A stretch of DNA of 37,312 bases from IMG/VR virus record IMGVR_UViG_3300043540_000062, positions 1-37,312 of that record, one strand, 5' to 3'. The notes under the pieces are model-generated. The model had not been told where the DNA came from and did no database searches. It worked only from the letters and a program-made list of their open reading frames with translations. Positions 18,254-26,067 of this stretch are shown in pieces. The stretch is from a virus. Position numbers and translations under genes: made by a program. Within the stretch, counting starts at the first letter, position 1. Every line of letters starts with the position of its first letter.

Positions 18254-18532
18254 TTATTCTTCTTGTTTATTTACTAATGCTTGTAATTTCCTGTTTCTCT
18301 TGTATTTCCACACTCCTTCATCGAATGACGGTGAGTTCTTGCTGTACCGCTGAACAGGTGAATCTGGGTCAATGTTTTTTTTCTCTCCCCATGCCTCTCC
18401 TGCCCTGTGCCCACTTCCATTCCCACGATACACCATTCTCCCTGTACGTTTGTATCGACGAATAGACGCAGCAAAACTATACCTACGATGGGTTCCTGAG
18501 TCTCTTGCTTTATATCCAACCGCTTTTTTCAT
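18254..18532 (-). CDS. Small basic protein (92 aa)
   Basis: ORF track gives 18254..18583. The internal Met at 18532 (MKKAVGYKARDSGTHRRYSF...) lies 1 nt after the portal stop, so it is the preferred start. Confidence 0.55.
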   Translation of the reverse strand: MKKAVGYKARDSGTHRRYSFAASIRRYKRTGRMVYRGNGSGHRAGEAWGEKKNIDPDSPVQRYSKNSPSFDEGVWKYKRNRKLQALVNKQEE

Positions 18533-18533
18533 A

Positions 18534-20375
18534 TTAGTGAGGTAATGGAACGTTTGATAATGCGGCGCTAGCCGGCACTCCACCAGTAGAACCTGGCGGC
18601 TGTGATTCTAATGGTGTACCTCCTTGCCCAGGCTGTGGGGCACCTCCCGTGGCTTGCTGTCCTGCCAGTTGTTGTGCAATCTCGGGCCAATTCATTGACA
18701 AATACGCTTGTGGAGCAAGTTTATACACCATAAACTGTCCAGCAGTTTCCTTTGCATTTGGAAAATGTAAACGAGTAAGAAGTGTAAGTGGATCAATGGC
18801 CCCCGCTTCCCAGAGAGACAGCGCCTGGTTCATATCCGTTATTTCATCATGTGGCTTCATGCTGTCTGGTGATACAGAAACAATGAGCCGCCCGGTTAGG
18901 TCTTGGGCAGATAGTTCTATATATTGCGTGGCTTGCAACTGTCCCATGATTGAGGCTACATGCGGTACATCGTAATAGACGTAATATTCTTGAACCCACC
19001 AGTTAAATACATTCTTGGCAAACTGTTCAAGAGCATCACCAATGCCACCTCCAATACGGGAATTATCGTACTGATGCTTTAGTATCATACCCCTGGCTGT
19101 TTCATTCTGGTCTTGACCTGATGCAGTTATTCCTTCGGTCCCGAATATAGAACGCAGGTTCTCTATGTTATTTTCGAGGTCTCGGAAAAAGTCTGATGGA
19201 AGTGAAGGAGCTGGTATATCAACTACCGCTTCTCGAATAGGGCCACCAGCAGGTACAAGCGCGGGGTGTCCTTTGGTCTTAGCGACTGCAAATTGCTTGG
19301 CGGTTTCCTGATTAAAGTTATTAGACGACAGGATAGTTGAATTGTTTGCACGTGAAATGTTGTAGTCAATCTGTTCAACACGACGTGATATGAGCCTCTG
19401 GTTTGGAATGTTCTGCTCAATAAGCGAAGTGACATCATGAGGCTGATTACCGAACGAGAACACGGATAGGAATGTGTACGGCTTCTTAGGAACCCCAAAA
19501 TGGTTGTGCCCTTTGACTGTCTCGGTCTCTCCACCTATTCCCACTTCATCTCGGTCATAATTGAAGTGTGGATTCTTGTGCTTATCAAGTATCTTATTCT
19601 TGTAGGTATAAAAGCAGAAATTATCGTCCCACCATTCGGTATAAGTAACATCGGTACCCATCTTGCCATCAACCATAACAGTGATGAACCCTTTATGATT
19701 CGGGAACATCTCAACTAACCGATTTGCGGTAACGGTAATACGTTCGCCAAGAATTCCAATAAAGTCTCCGTACATATCAACATATCCAGTTGGGTCGAAT
19801 ATGAAATTCTTGACGTCACGGACTTCACACTTTATATCCTCAATTTTTTCGTTCCACCCATGTTTAATGACGCCTAAATAGTCAATTGTCCAGTTGCGGG
19901 TTACTAATTCCATCTTACGACGAAGAACAAGTGCATCAGCATGATACTGAAGCATGGTCTTTACTGCGTCGGATATAGCGTTCCCTTGTGGTGAATTGTC
20001 TGCCCATACAACAGGCTCAGGGTTGCGAGAAAGAGCGGCGGGTAGGAATGTCTCAACTGCCTCAAAAATGAAGTTTCCCGCAACTGGTGAGTCTGAAGTG
20101 GTTGCGGTACCTTCTTTCTGGCGTCCGAGGTAGTACTGCATGGACGCCTGTTGTTTCAGACGAATTTTAGATTCGTAAGTGGCGTATCGTGACTCATACT
20201 TCTTAGCAAGAAGGATAAGCTCTTCGTCACTTTGTTCAATAGAAAATGAGTCTATCTTCTCTCCGATTATACCCTCAGCTTGAGAGGATGCGGACATAGA
20301 TATATTTTTGTTTATCTTTGATGAGATAAGGTTTTGTACACCATCGATATTCATCTGAAACGCGTCTTTAGCCAT
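18534..20375 (-). CDS. Portal protein
   Basis: 613-aa ORF, one small gene after the large terminase. Size and position are typical of portals. Confidence 0.8.
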   Translation of the reverse strand: MAKDAFQMNIDGVQNLISSKINKNISMSASSQAEGIIGEKIDSFSIEQSDEELILLAKKYESRYATYESKIRLKQQASMQYYLGRQKEGTATTSDSPVAGNFIFEAVETFLPAALSRNPEPVVWADNSPQGNAISDAVKTMLQYHADALVLRRKMELVTRNWTIDYLGVIKHGWNEKIEDIKCEVRDVKNFIFDPTGYVDMYGDFIGILGERITVTANRLVEMFPNHKGFITVMVDGKMGTDVTYTEWWDDNFCFYTYKNKILDKHKNPHFNYDRDEVGIGGETETVKGHNHFGVPKKPYTFLSVFSFGNQPHDVTSLIEQNIPNQRLISRRVEQIDYNISRANNSTILSSNNFNQETAKQFAVAKTKGHPALVPAGGPIREAVVDIPAPSLPSDFFRDLENNIENLRSIFGTEGITASGQDQNETARGMILKHQYDNSRIGGGIGDALEQFAKNVFNWWVQEYYVYYDVPHVASIMGQLQATQYIELSAQDLTGRLIVSVSPDSMKPHDEITDMNQALSLWEAGAIDPLTLLTRLHFPNAKETAGQFMVYKLAPQAYLSMNWPEIAQQLAGQQATGGAPQPGQGGTPLESQPPGSTGGVPASAALSNVPLPH

Positions 20376-20377
20376 AT

Positions 20378-20515
20378 TTATGAGCCTAATGCTCTGACGT
20401 TACGGGGGTCTCCCATGCTTCCTCCCTCTGATAATGATTTCTTTTGTATTTTAGTGAACGTATGTTTCTTACTCTCAAGTAATCTCCTTTTTCTATCCTG
20501 TTTTTGTTTATTCAT
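20378..20515 (-). CDS. Small basic ORF (45 aa) just upstream of the portal gene
   Basis: Below the ORF-track cutoff. MNKQKQDRKRRLLESKKHTFTKIQKKSLSEGGSMGDPRNVRALGS. Its stop lies 2 nt before the portal ATG. Confidence 0.35.
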   Translation of the reverse strand: MNKQKQDRKRRLLESKKHTFTKIQKKSLSEGGSMGDPRNVRALGS

Positions 20516-20523
20516 ATAAAAAT

Positions 20524-20553
20524 AGAACGCCGCCCCAGTGGGCTAGCGTTCCT
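20524..20553 (-). promoter_or_regulatory. Conserved promoter-proximal hairpin (copy A)
   Basis: Minus strand reads AGGAACGCtagcccactggggcgGCGTTCTatttttat. The 11-mer GGCGGCGTTCT is shared with copy B. It starts about 14 nt after the predicted TSS. Confidence 0.5.
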
Positions 20554-20573
20554 GTGTAAGGTTACGTACGTTA

Positions 20574-20582
20574 ATTATACCA
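20574..20582 (-). promoter_or_regulatory. Extended -10 promoter TGGTATAAT(TAA), upstream of the portal block
   Basis: Exact TGGTATAATTAA in the 76-nt gap after ORF 20592..20783. Followed by a conserved hairpin. Confidence 0.5.
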
Positions 20583-20591
20583 CCAGATTAT

Positions 20592-20783
20592 CTACATACG
20601 CAAATGCGTGTGGATGTCAATAACCCGGATAACACCATCTGCATCGAGGTGAACTTCAAAACTTCCTCCCTTAGTGTTAAACACCCCCGCTCGCAACAGG
20701 GTATTTATGAGATGACGATTCTTTACAAACTCTACATAGAGTTTAGCTTCTTCATCTGATAGGTATACGGTATTCTGGTTCAT
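20592..20783 (-). CDS. Small hypothetical protein
   Basis: 63-aa ORF. 4-nt overlap with the TerL stop. Confidence 0.55.
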   Translation of the reverse strand: MNQNTVYLSDEEAKLYVEFVKNRHLINTLLRAGVFNTKGGSFEVHLDADGVIRVIDIHTHLRM

Positions 20784-22339
20784 ATATCTAAATGTAATCC
20801 ACGGGTATTATCAATTGGTATTTCGTCCCATACGTCACCTCCAATTATCTGGGCCATTGTTTCTTGGAACTTCTCCAGCCCTACACGAGCATAAATTGAA
20901 CACATAACAAAGTGGTCGGGTCCAGAACGTTCCCACTTAAAGCCCTTAGTCTTATCTATCTGTCCTGATTCGTCTTTCTCCCATGTGCGATAGATATTGA
21001 GCCAGTGAATAATATATTCCTGCCAGTCGCTTTCTGATCCGTTAAATGTCACGCGTTTATCCGTCATTTCATCTATAAACCACTGAATATATCTATTACG
21101 GTCTACTACAACTTTTCCATACTCAACACCATCACCCCAAGTTGCAAGCTCCATAGTCTTCTGATTGGCCCTAAACCATACGAGGAACACGCGGCCTGGA
21201 TATTTAGCCTGTAGGTTTCTAATACCTATGAGGTCTCCACCTTGGTCTGCCATTATAATTGAATTAGGGAATCGACGTAGGAGCCCTTCCAATTCAAGGT
21301 ATGGGTCTCTCCCCGATAGTGGGTCTGAGCACTTACCATAGAAGAAATATCCCTGCTTATTGGCGAGAACATAGTGAATGGGGAGACCTGTATCTACGCC
21401 GATGATTATTCTGTCTTCCTGTGTATTTACTTTATCGCTTAAACACTTAATGATAATAGACGCGTTCACTTTGTTACCTGAGCCTGTATAGGGGAGTCCT
21501 GCTACGAAGTTGGAGAAATACTCTGGCGTCTTGGTACGTTTGTATTCAGTGATGTTGTGGGCGTTAAACATTGGGTTAATCCATAAAGGAATCCAATAGC
21601 CTGACCATGCACCCTTTGCGGTAGCAATCCATTCTCCCATACGCCTTTCCTCGTCGGTTATTTCAGCCAGGCACTTGGGGCAAACGAACTGCTCTTTGGT
21701 GTAATCTATACATGCTTCATCTAGTACATAATTAGCTCCACACTTATGGGTGATGTGCCACTTCTTCTTGTCAGATAGTCTCCAATACTTGTCTATACCA
21801 AAGTCGGGAATGGTAGGGTTCGAAAAAAACGCCTTACGTGGATTAGTTGAGTGCTGCAGGCGTGAGTCGTATTGTTCAACTATCTCAGGCTTACATCGGT
21901 CTAGTTCATCGACAATGAGCTTTTTAGCTGTAATCATCAATGCCGCTCTCTCGGTCCAACTTCCTCGATAATAGATAGTAGCTTTGCCAACGCGTTTTTG
22001 TTCAATTGAGTCCTTATCTTTCGTCCATGTTTGGAGGATAGGATTGTTATCAATAATCCTATTAGTCTTTCCGCCCGAAAACTGTTTAACGTCATCAGCC
22101 GTGGGCAATACGTATATCGTGTCTTGGTTCTCGTTGTATGCTTCATGAAGTGATTTGAGTATCTCGTAAGTAGTGAACCCTATCTGAGCGGCTTTGATTG
22201 CCATAATGAAAGGGGAACGGTCTGCGTATATATCAAATAGGAATCTGTGTGTCTTGAAGTCAATTGGGTCACCACGCTCTGTTTTGATGGCGTTCTCAAG
22301 GATGAAAGCATGCAGCGATCCTTGTGCTAATAGACTCAT
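20780..22339 (-). CDS. terL: Terminase large subunit, GpA-like
   Basis: 519 aa. KAAQIGFTTYEILKS resembles the lambda gpA-type Walker A region. LIVDELD is Walker-B-like. An internal zinc ribbon (CPKC) occurs as in the GpA family. A portal gene lies downstream. Confidence 0.88.
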   Translation of the reverse strand: MSLLAQGSLHAFILENAIKTERGDPIDFKTHRFLFDIYADRSPFIMAIKAAQIGFTTYEILKSLHEAYNENQDTIYVLPTADDVKQFSGGKTNRIIDNNPILQTWTKDKDSIEQKRVGKATIYYRGSWTERAALMITAKKLIVDELDRCKPEIVEQYDSRLQHSTNPRKAFFSNPTIPDFGIDKYWRLSDKKKWHITHKCGANYVLDEACIDYTKEQFVCPKCLAEITDEERRMGEWIATAKGAWSGYWIPLWINPMFNAHNITEYKRTKTPEYFSNFVAGLPYTGSGNKVNASIIIKCLSDKVNTQEDRIIIGVDTGLPIHYVLANKQGYFFYGKCSDPLSGRDPYLELEGLLRRFPNSIIMADQGGDLIGIRNLQAKYPGRVFLVWFRANQKTMELATWGDGVEYGKVVVDRNRYIQWFIDEMTDKRVTFNGSESDWQEYIIHWLNIYRTWEKDESGQIDKTKGFKWERSGPDHFVMCSIYARVGLEKFQETMAQIIGGDVWDEIPIDNTRGLHLDI

Positions 22340-22641
22340 AGGTCTTTCTTTAACTTCTTCTCAAACTCATCTATGACAGCTTTGTGTTTGGGGTCAAGTA
22401 CGATTGATTCACCCGCTGAAGTTATGTCTGTTTTATTCTCAGGGTTACCTTCTCCCATCTTCCATATAAGTTCTTTAGGCAATCCATCCATAAAATCTTC
22501 TCTTTCTTCGTCAGACATACATGATAAATACTCTCGGACATAATCCTTTAATGTCTTGCCTTTGGGCCGTCCTTTAGGATTTCCACTTTGTCCTTTCTGC
22601 CAAAGGTGTTTCTTGTTTTCAGACTGTTTATCAGATTCCAT
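22336..22641 (-). CDS. Small terminase-like protein
   Basis: 101 aa. WQKGQSGNPKGRPKG motif is common in phage small-terminase-like (DUF5681-type) proteins. 4-nt overlap with the TerL start. Confidence 0.6.
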   Translation of the reverse strand: MESDKQSENKKHLWQKGQSGNPKGRPKGKTLKDYVREYLSCMSDEEREDFMDGLPKELIWKMGEGNPENKTDITSAGESIVLDPKHKAVIDEFEKKLKKDL

Positions 22642-22650
22642 ATTACAACA

Positions 22651-22794
22651 TTATTCCTTATGTTTGTCTTTAGTTAACTCTTTACGAATGAAGCATTTCT
22701 CGCATATCCAACCTACAGCTTGTTCATACCGTATGATTGGTATATCTGTTGGGTATACTTTCTTACATTTTACGCACTCATAAGTGACAATCAT
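22651..22794 (-). CDS. Zinc-ribbon mini-protein (47 aa)
   Basis: Below the ORF-track cutoff. MIVTYECVKCKKVYPTDIPIIRYEQAVGWICEKCFIRKELTKDKHKE (CxxC...CxxC). ATGA overlap with the upstream ORF. Confidence 0.45.
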   Translation of the reverse strand: MIVTYECVKCKKVYPTDIPIIRYEQAVGWICEKCFIRKELTKDKHKE

Positions 22795-22946
22795 TTTGGT
22801 AAGTTTTTTCTAATTTCTTTGGCACATTTACTACACAGTAGACTTTGAGAAGTAACAGGTTCATATATTGTAGGAACTACGAAAGAGCGTTTTCGAATTA
22901 TGAATCTTCTTTTGCGGCAGGCTTCACACTTGGATAAAAACTTCAT
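22791..22946 (-). CDS. Zinc-ribbon mini-protein (51 aa)
   Basis: Below the ORF-track cutoff. MKFLSKCEACRKRRFIIRKRSFVVPTIYEPVTSQSLLCSKCAKEIRKNLPK (CxxC...CxxC). ATGA overlap with the GroEL-like stop. Confidence 0.45.
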   Translation of the reverse strand: MKFLSKCEACRKRRFIIRKRSFVVPTIYEPVTSQSLLCSKCAKEIRKNLPK

Positions 22947-24448
22947 CGAGGTTGCATTCTTAGGTTCATTGCTTTAATTTCTTCTTTAATTTCCGCGGGA
23001 ATGGTAATAACTCCTTTGGTAGTAAGTATAATACCAGCTATGGAGATTGCGTTGGTTATCGCGGATTTTATTACTATTGCAGGGTCAATTATACCATCTA
23101 TTCTCAATTGATGTCCATCTGTACCGAGAATATGGGAGGGTTCATTCAATGCTGTAGCGAGTATTTTGGCTCCAATCGTGTCTGTGAGTGACCTTGAGGC
23201 TACTTCTAGAGATTGGCCTGACCCAGTGACTACCCCTTCTTGAAGTGCCCAATATGAGGCGTGTGTTGCGTCCTTTGACTTCTTAATCTTCCATGAAAGT
23301 TCTGAGTCACTGTGTGCTCCGACCTTTAAGACAGCGACCTTTGTATTGAGCCACGACGCACGAACTAGTTGTTGGTCGTCCTTTAGTCCGGCAATCTTTA
23401 AGGTTTCAATATAGTCCTTTACGTCTTTTATACCCATGACGCGTGTCTCTTCTTTTGAACAAACTAATTTCTCACAAGTTCCTAAGTGTTCAGCTTTCAA
23501 AGTTGAGAAAGTCTTACCTATTCGACTATCCACAGGTTGTGCACCGGTTATCTTAGAAAAATCCTCATATAACCAATCTTTCCACAAAATAGGAGCTTTT
23601 ATGATAAGAAACTTCATTGGTATCTTATCATTAGGCAAATCCCCATTCAGTGTTTGTACAGTATTTTTAGCGAGCGTGGAAGCTACCATAAGCTCAATGT
23701 CCTCACAGTATATGACAAGTTCATTTATACTCTGAGCACGTAACTCTTTTATGACTGGTAATATCTGCTTTACATCAGTTATTTTATCTTTAGTAATCAG
23801 AATCCTGGGATTCTTGAGTATGCACTTACCGTCTTCGGTCTGCCAATATCCTCCGAACCAACCTGACCTAATTCGTATTCCCTCAATAACTTCATAATAA
23901 GTGTCAGGAAGAGTTGAAGGTTCAATCTCAACAATGCCGTCACGACCAATCTCTTTGTAGGCATCTCCGATTATCTTGCCAAGTTCTGGTGATTCAGACG
24001 CAGTCGTCGCTATTGAATGAACATCACTCGGTTCAATTGGCTTCGTCTGATCGTCAATCGATTTAATTAGCACTGGCAAACAGTCATCCAGTTGTCGCTT
24101 AAGTTCAAGTGGTGTTATTTGGTCTGTTACTTTAATTCCTTCATTTAGAATTGAAGTGGTGAGTATAATAGTAGTCTTGCGTCCGTCACCTGCTTCTTTG
24201 TCTTGTCTCTCACATGCTTCATTCAAGATATTTGCGCCTATTTGCTCGATTGGATCAGCAAGCAAAATACAATTAGATATAAGTTTGCCGTCATTGCTTA
24301 CACGGTGTCCAGGGGATTGATTTTCCTCAATTACCACATTACTACCGTTTGGTCCGTAAGTTGGTTTAATAACGTTACACACCTTATTAACTCCCCCAAT
24401 AAGTTTGAGCAATGACTGTTCGTAATTAGCTATATTGTCTATTTTCAT
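22943..24448 (-). CDS. groEL: GroEL-like group I chaperonin (Cpn60 family)
   Basis: 501 aa, collinear with E. coli GroEL. Matches include [128 protein letters not shown] and [50 protein letters not shown]. There is no GGM tail. Confidence 0.9.
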   Translation of the reverse strand: [501 protein letters not shown]

Positions 24449-24660
24449 ATTTTTTGGTATTCAATATCATACTCTGGCATATATGGTTTCAGTGCCATAC
24501 GAAGATGTGAGTTAAGATAAATGTCGTTTGGCGTGTTATTTCTAAAAAATTCTGTCTTTCCACACTTGTAACAATACTCCTCTAAACCATCTGGCCACTG
24601 CCTAAGTATAAGCCAGTCATGGAGCCACAAACCATTACCGCATTTACTCTGTTCCCACAT
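24445..24660 (-). CDS. Cys-containing small protein between the GroES-like and GroEL-like genes (71 aa)
   Basis: ORF track gives 24445..24744. Met at 24660 (MWEQSKCGNG...EEYCYKCGKTEFF) minimises overlap with the GroES-like gene; an alternative start is 24702. ATGA overlap with the GroEL-like ATG. Confidence 0.5.
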   Translation of the reverse strand: MWEQSKCGNGLWLHDWLILRQWPDGLEEYCYKCGKTEFFRNNTPNDIYLNSHLRMALKPYMPEYDIEYQKI

Positions 24661-24910
24661 GGTATATTCCCAATATAAAGTCTTCGTGCATCCGTACGAC
24701 ATAGTGCTTCTTTCCTTCAAATTCTGGTGTCTCAAAGAAACCATGAGGCCGGAAGAAAATAATGTCTCCTGTTTTTATTCTAGGATTAATAACTCCTCCC
24801 GCCACAGATAGCACCTTAGCGGCTTCTACAAATTTCTTATCATCAGAAGAAAGACCAGTATCTAAAGAAATGGGTTCAACTTCGACATAATTACTGAAAG
24901 GTGAAAACAT
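24644..24910 (-). CDS. groES: GroES-like co-chaperonin (Cpn10/gp31-like)
   Basis: ORF track gives 24644..24931; Met at 24910 follows the stop of the upstream mini-ORF. The layout is GroES-like: FSNYVEVEP...(mobile-loop-like DTGLSSDDKK)...AKVLSVAGGVINPRIKTGDIIFF...KKHYVVRMHEDFILGI, compared with P..DRVIVK...G.VLAVG.G....VKVGD.V.F......Y.I..E.DILAI. Confidence 0.7.
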   Translation of the reverse strand: MFSPFSNYVEVEPISLDTGLSSDDKKFVEAAKVLSVAGGVINPRIKTGDIIFFRPHGFFETPEFEGKKHYVVRMHEDFILGIYHVGTE

Positions 24911-24911
24911 A

Positions 24912-25079
24912 TTAAGAGAGGTCGATGTCATCGACAGGATTATTAGGATTTATAAATTCAACTTTCTTTGACCTAAAGTTTTTCAATTTCGTTTGAACTT
25001 CTCTTTTGTATGCCAATATATTTAATATAGACAGCAGTATACCAATAACAATACCAATTATTAAATAGAGGAAATTCAT
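24912..25079 (-). CDS. Small N-terminally membrane-anchored protein (55 aa)
   Basis: Below the ORF-track cutoff. MNFLYLIIGIVIGILLSILNILAYKREVQTKLKNFRSKKVEFINPNNPVDDIDLS. ATGA overlap with the glycosyltransferase stop. Confidence 0.45.
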   Translation of the reverse strand: MNFLYLIIGIVIGILLSILNILAYKREVQTKLKNFRSKKVEFINPNNPVDDIDLS

Positions 25080-25711
25080 ATAAATATTTCTTTTAGGTGA
25101 GACGCAAACAGATCAGTATCACACCAAATATCTATCCCTTTCTCTTCAGCCTTTTTGCAGAAGGTAACATCTTCTCCAAAATAGACCACGTGCTTTTCAT
25201 CTAACCACTTAGTCTCAAACCACGGTTCAGGTATCTTTTCAAGTGCTCGCCTATGTATCAAAAGAAAACCTGTTGCAATGATACTTACTTTTTGCAAACC
25301 AGTGTTTCTTTGTACTCTCGGCGAACCATCAAGCGTCTTTCCAATTGCGTGCAATAGAAACGCGCTCGTACCAATTATAATGCCACCAGATTTATCATTT
25401 GTAACTAAGTTATATACACCGCCAATTATGTCTTTTTTATGTCGCATGAGTGCTTTTATATCACCCAAGTTAGGTACAGTGTCACTATCAATAAATAGCA
25501 AATATTTTCTTCGGGTTTTTAGGAACTCTCTAACACAAATATTCCGATTATCATCTATGAGAGGCCCTTGAACCATATTTACACTAGCGCCCAGTGCTGA
25601 CCATTTTATCAACTTCATGACAAGTGAAACAGTCAGCTTTCCGTTCTGTGGCACTGGTATAGCAATAAACACATCTTTTAATGGTTTGATAAACATAGAC
25701 GGTAAAATCAT
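25076..25711 (-). CDS. Glycosyltransferase, GT2-like
   Basis: 211 aa. YLLFIDSDTVP is a DxD motif in a Rossmann-like context. IIATGFLLIHRRALEKI is typical of GT-A family 2 enzymes. Confidence 0.6.
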   Translation of the reverse strand: MILPSMFIKPLKDVFIAIPVPQNGKLTVSLVMKLIKWSALGASVNMVQGPLIDDNRNICVREFLKTRRKYLLFIDSDTVPNLGDIKALMRHKKDIIGGVYNLVTNDKSGGIIIGTSAFLLHAIGKTLDGSPRVQRNTGLQKVSIIATGFLLIHRRALEKIPEPWFETKWLDEKHVVYFGEDVTFCKKAEEKGIDIWCDTDLFASHLKEIFI

Positions 25712-25917
25712 TTTGCTAATTCATTCTGTATTGGTGACAAAGTTCCTTTATCACGTCGGTCAATAGGTATCAATTGCGTGATGGTAGTAAAACCAGTCTT
25801 ACCTGATGGAACATATTGAGGATAAGCCATCAATACCACTTCATATTTCTGACACAAAGCATCATACTCTTTTATAAAACTATCCACCCTTTCGTTAGGG
25901 TTTTTTTGGTTATTCAT
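25708..25917 (-). CDS. Hypothetical protein, first gene of a leaderless transcript
   Basis: 69-aa ORF. TGATATAAT lies 6 nt upstream of the ATG. 4-nt overlap with the GT start. Confidence 0.55.
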   Translation of the reverse strand: MNNQKNPNERVDSFIKEYDALCQKYEVVLMAYPQYVPSGKTGFTTITQLIPIDRRDKGTLSPIQNELAK

Positions 25918-25923
25918 ACCAGA

Positions 25924-25932
25924 ATTATATCA
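25924..25932 (-). promoter_or_regulatory. Extended -10 promoter TGATATAAT
   Basis: Lies directly after terminator 25936..25964. The ATG of 25708..25917 starts 7 nt after the hexamer (leaderless geometry). Confidence 0.5.
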
Positions 25933-25935
25933 AAC

Positions 25936-25964
25936 ATAAAAGCCCCTGCATAGGGGCCTTTTAT
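25936..25964 (-). terminator. Intrinsic terminator (bidirectional geometry)
   Basis: ataaaaGCCCCtgcataGGGGCcttttat: a GC stem flanked by an A-run and a T-run. Lies between the 26068-block and ORF 25708..25917. Confidence 0.65.
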
Positions 25965-25976
25965 AGAAGACGTTAT

Positions 25977-26066
25977 CTATTTTATTGTACTTATTGCGAG
26001 AGCAATGATGATTAGAATTATAATACCTGCGCTGATCATAACCTTGTCCATGGTGTCTATTGTCAT
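25977..26066 (-). CDS. Tiny membrane peptide (29 aa)
   Basis: Below the ORF-track cutoff. MTIDTMDKVMISAGIIILIIIALAISTIK. Its ATG lies 1 nt after the stop of 26068..26610. Confidence 0.3.
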   Translation of the reverse strand: MTIDTMDKVMISAGIIILIIIALAISTIK

Positions 26067-26067
26067 G

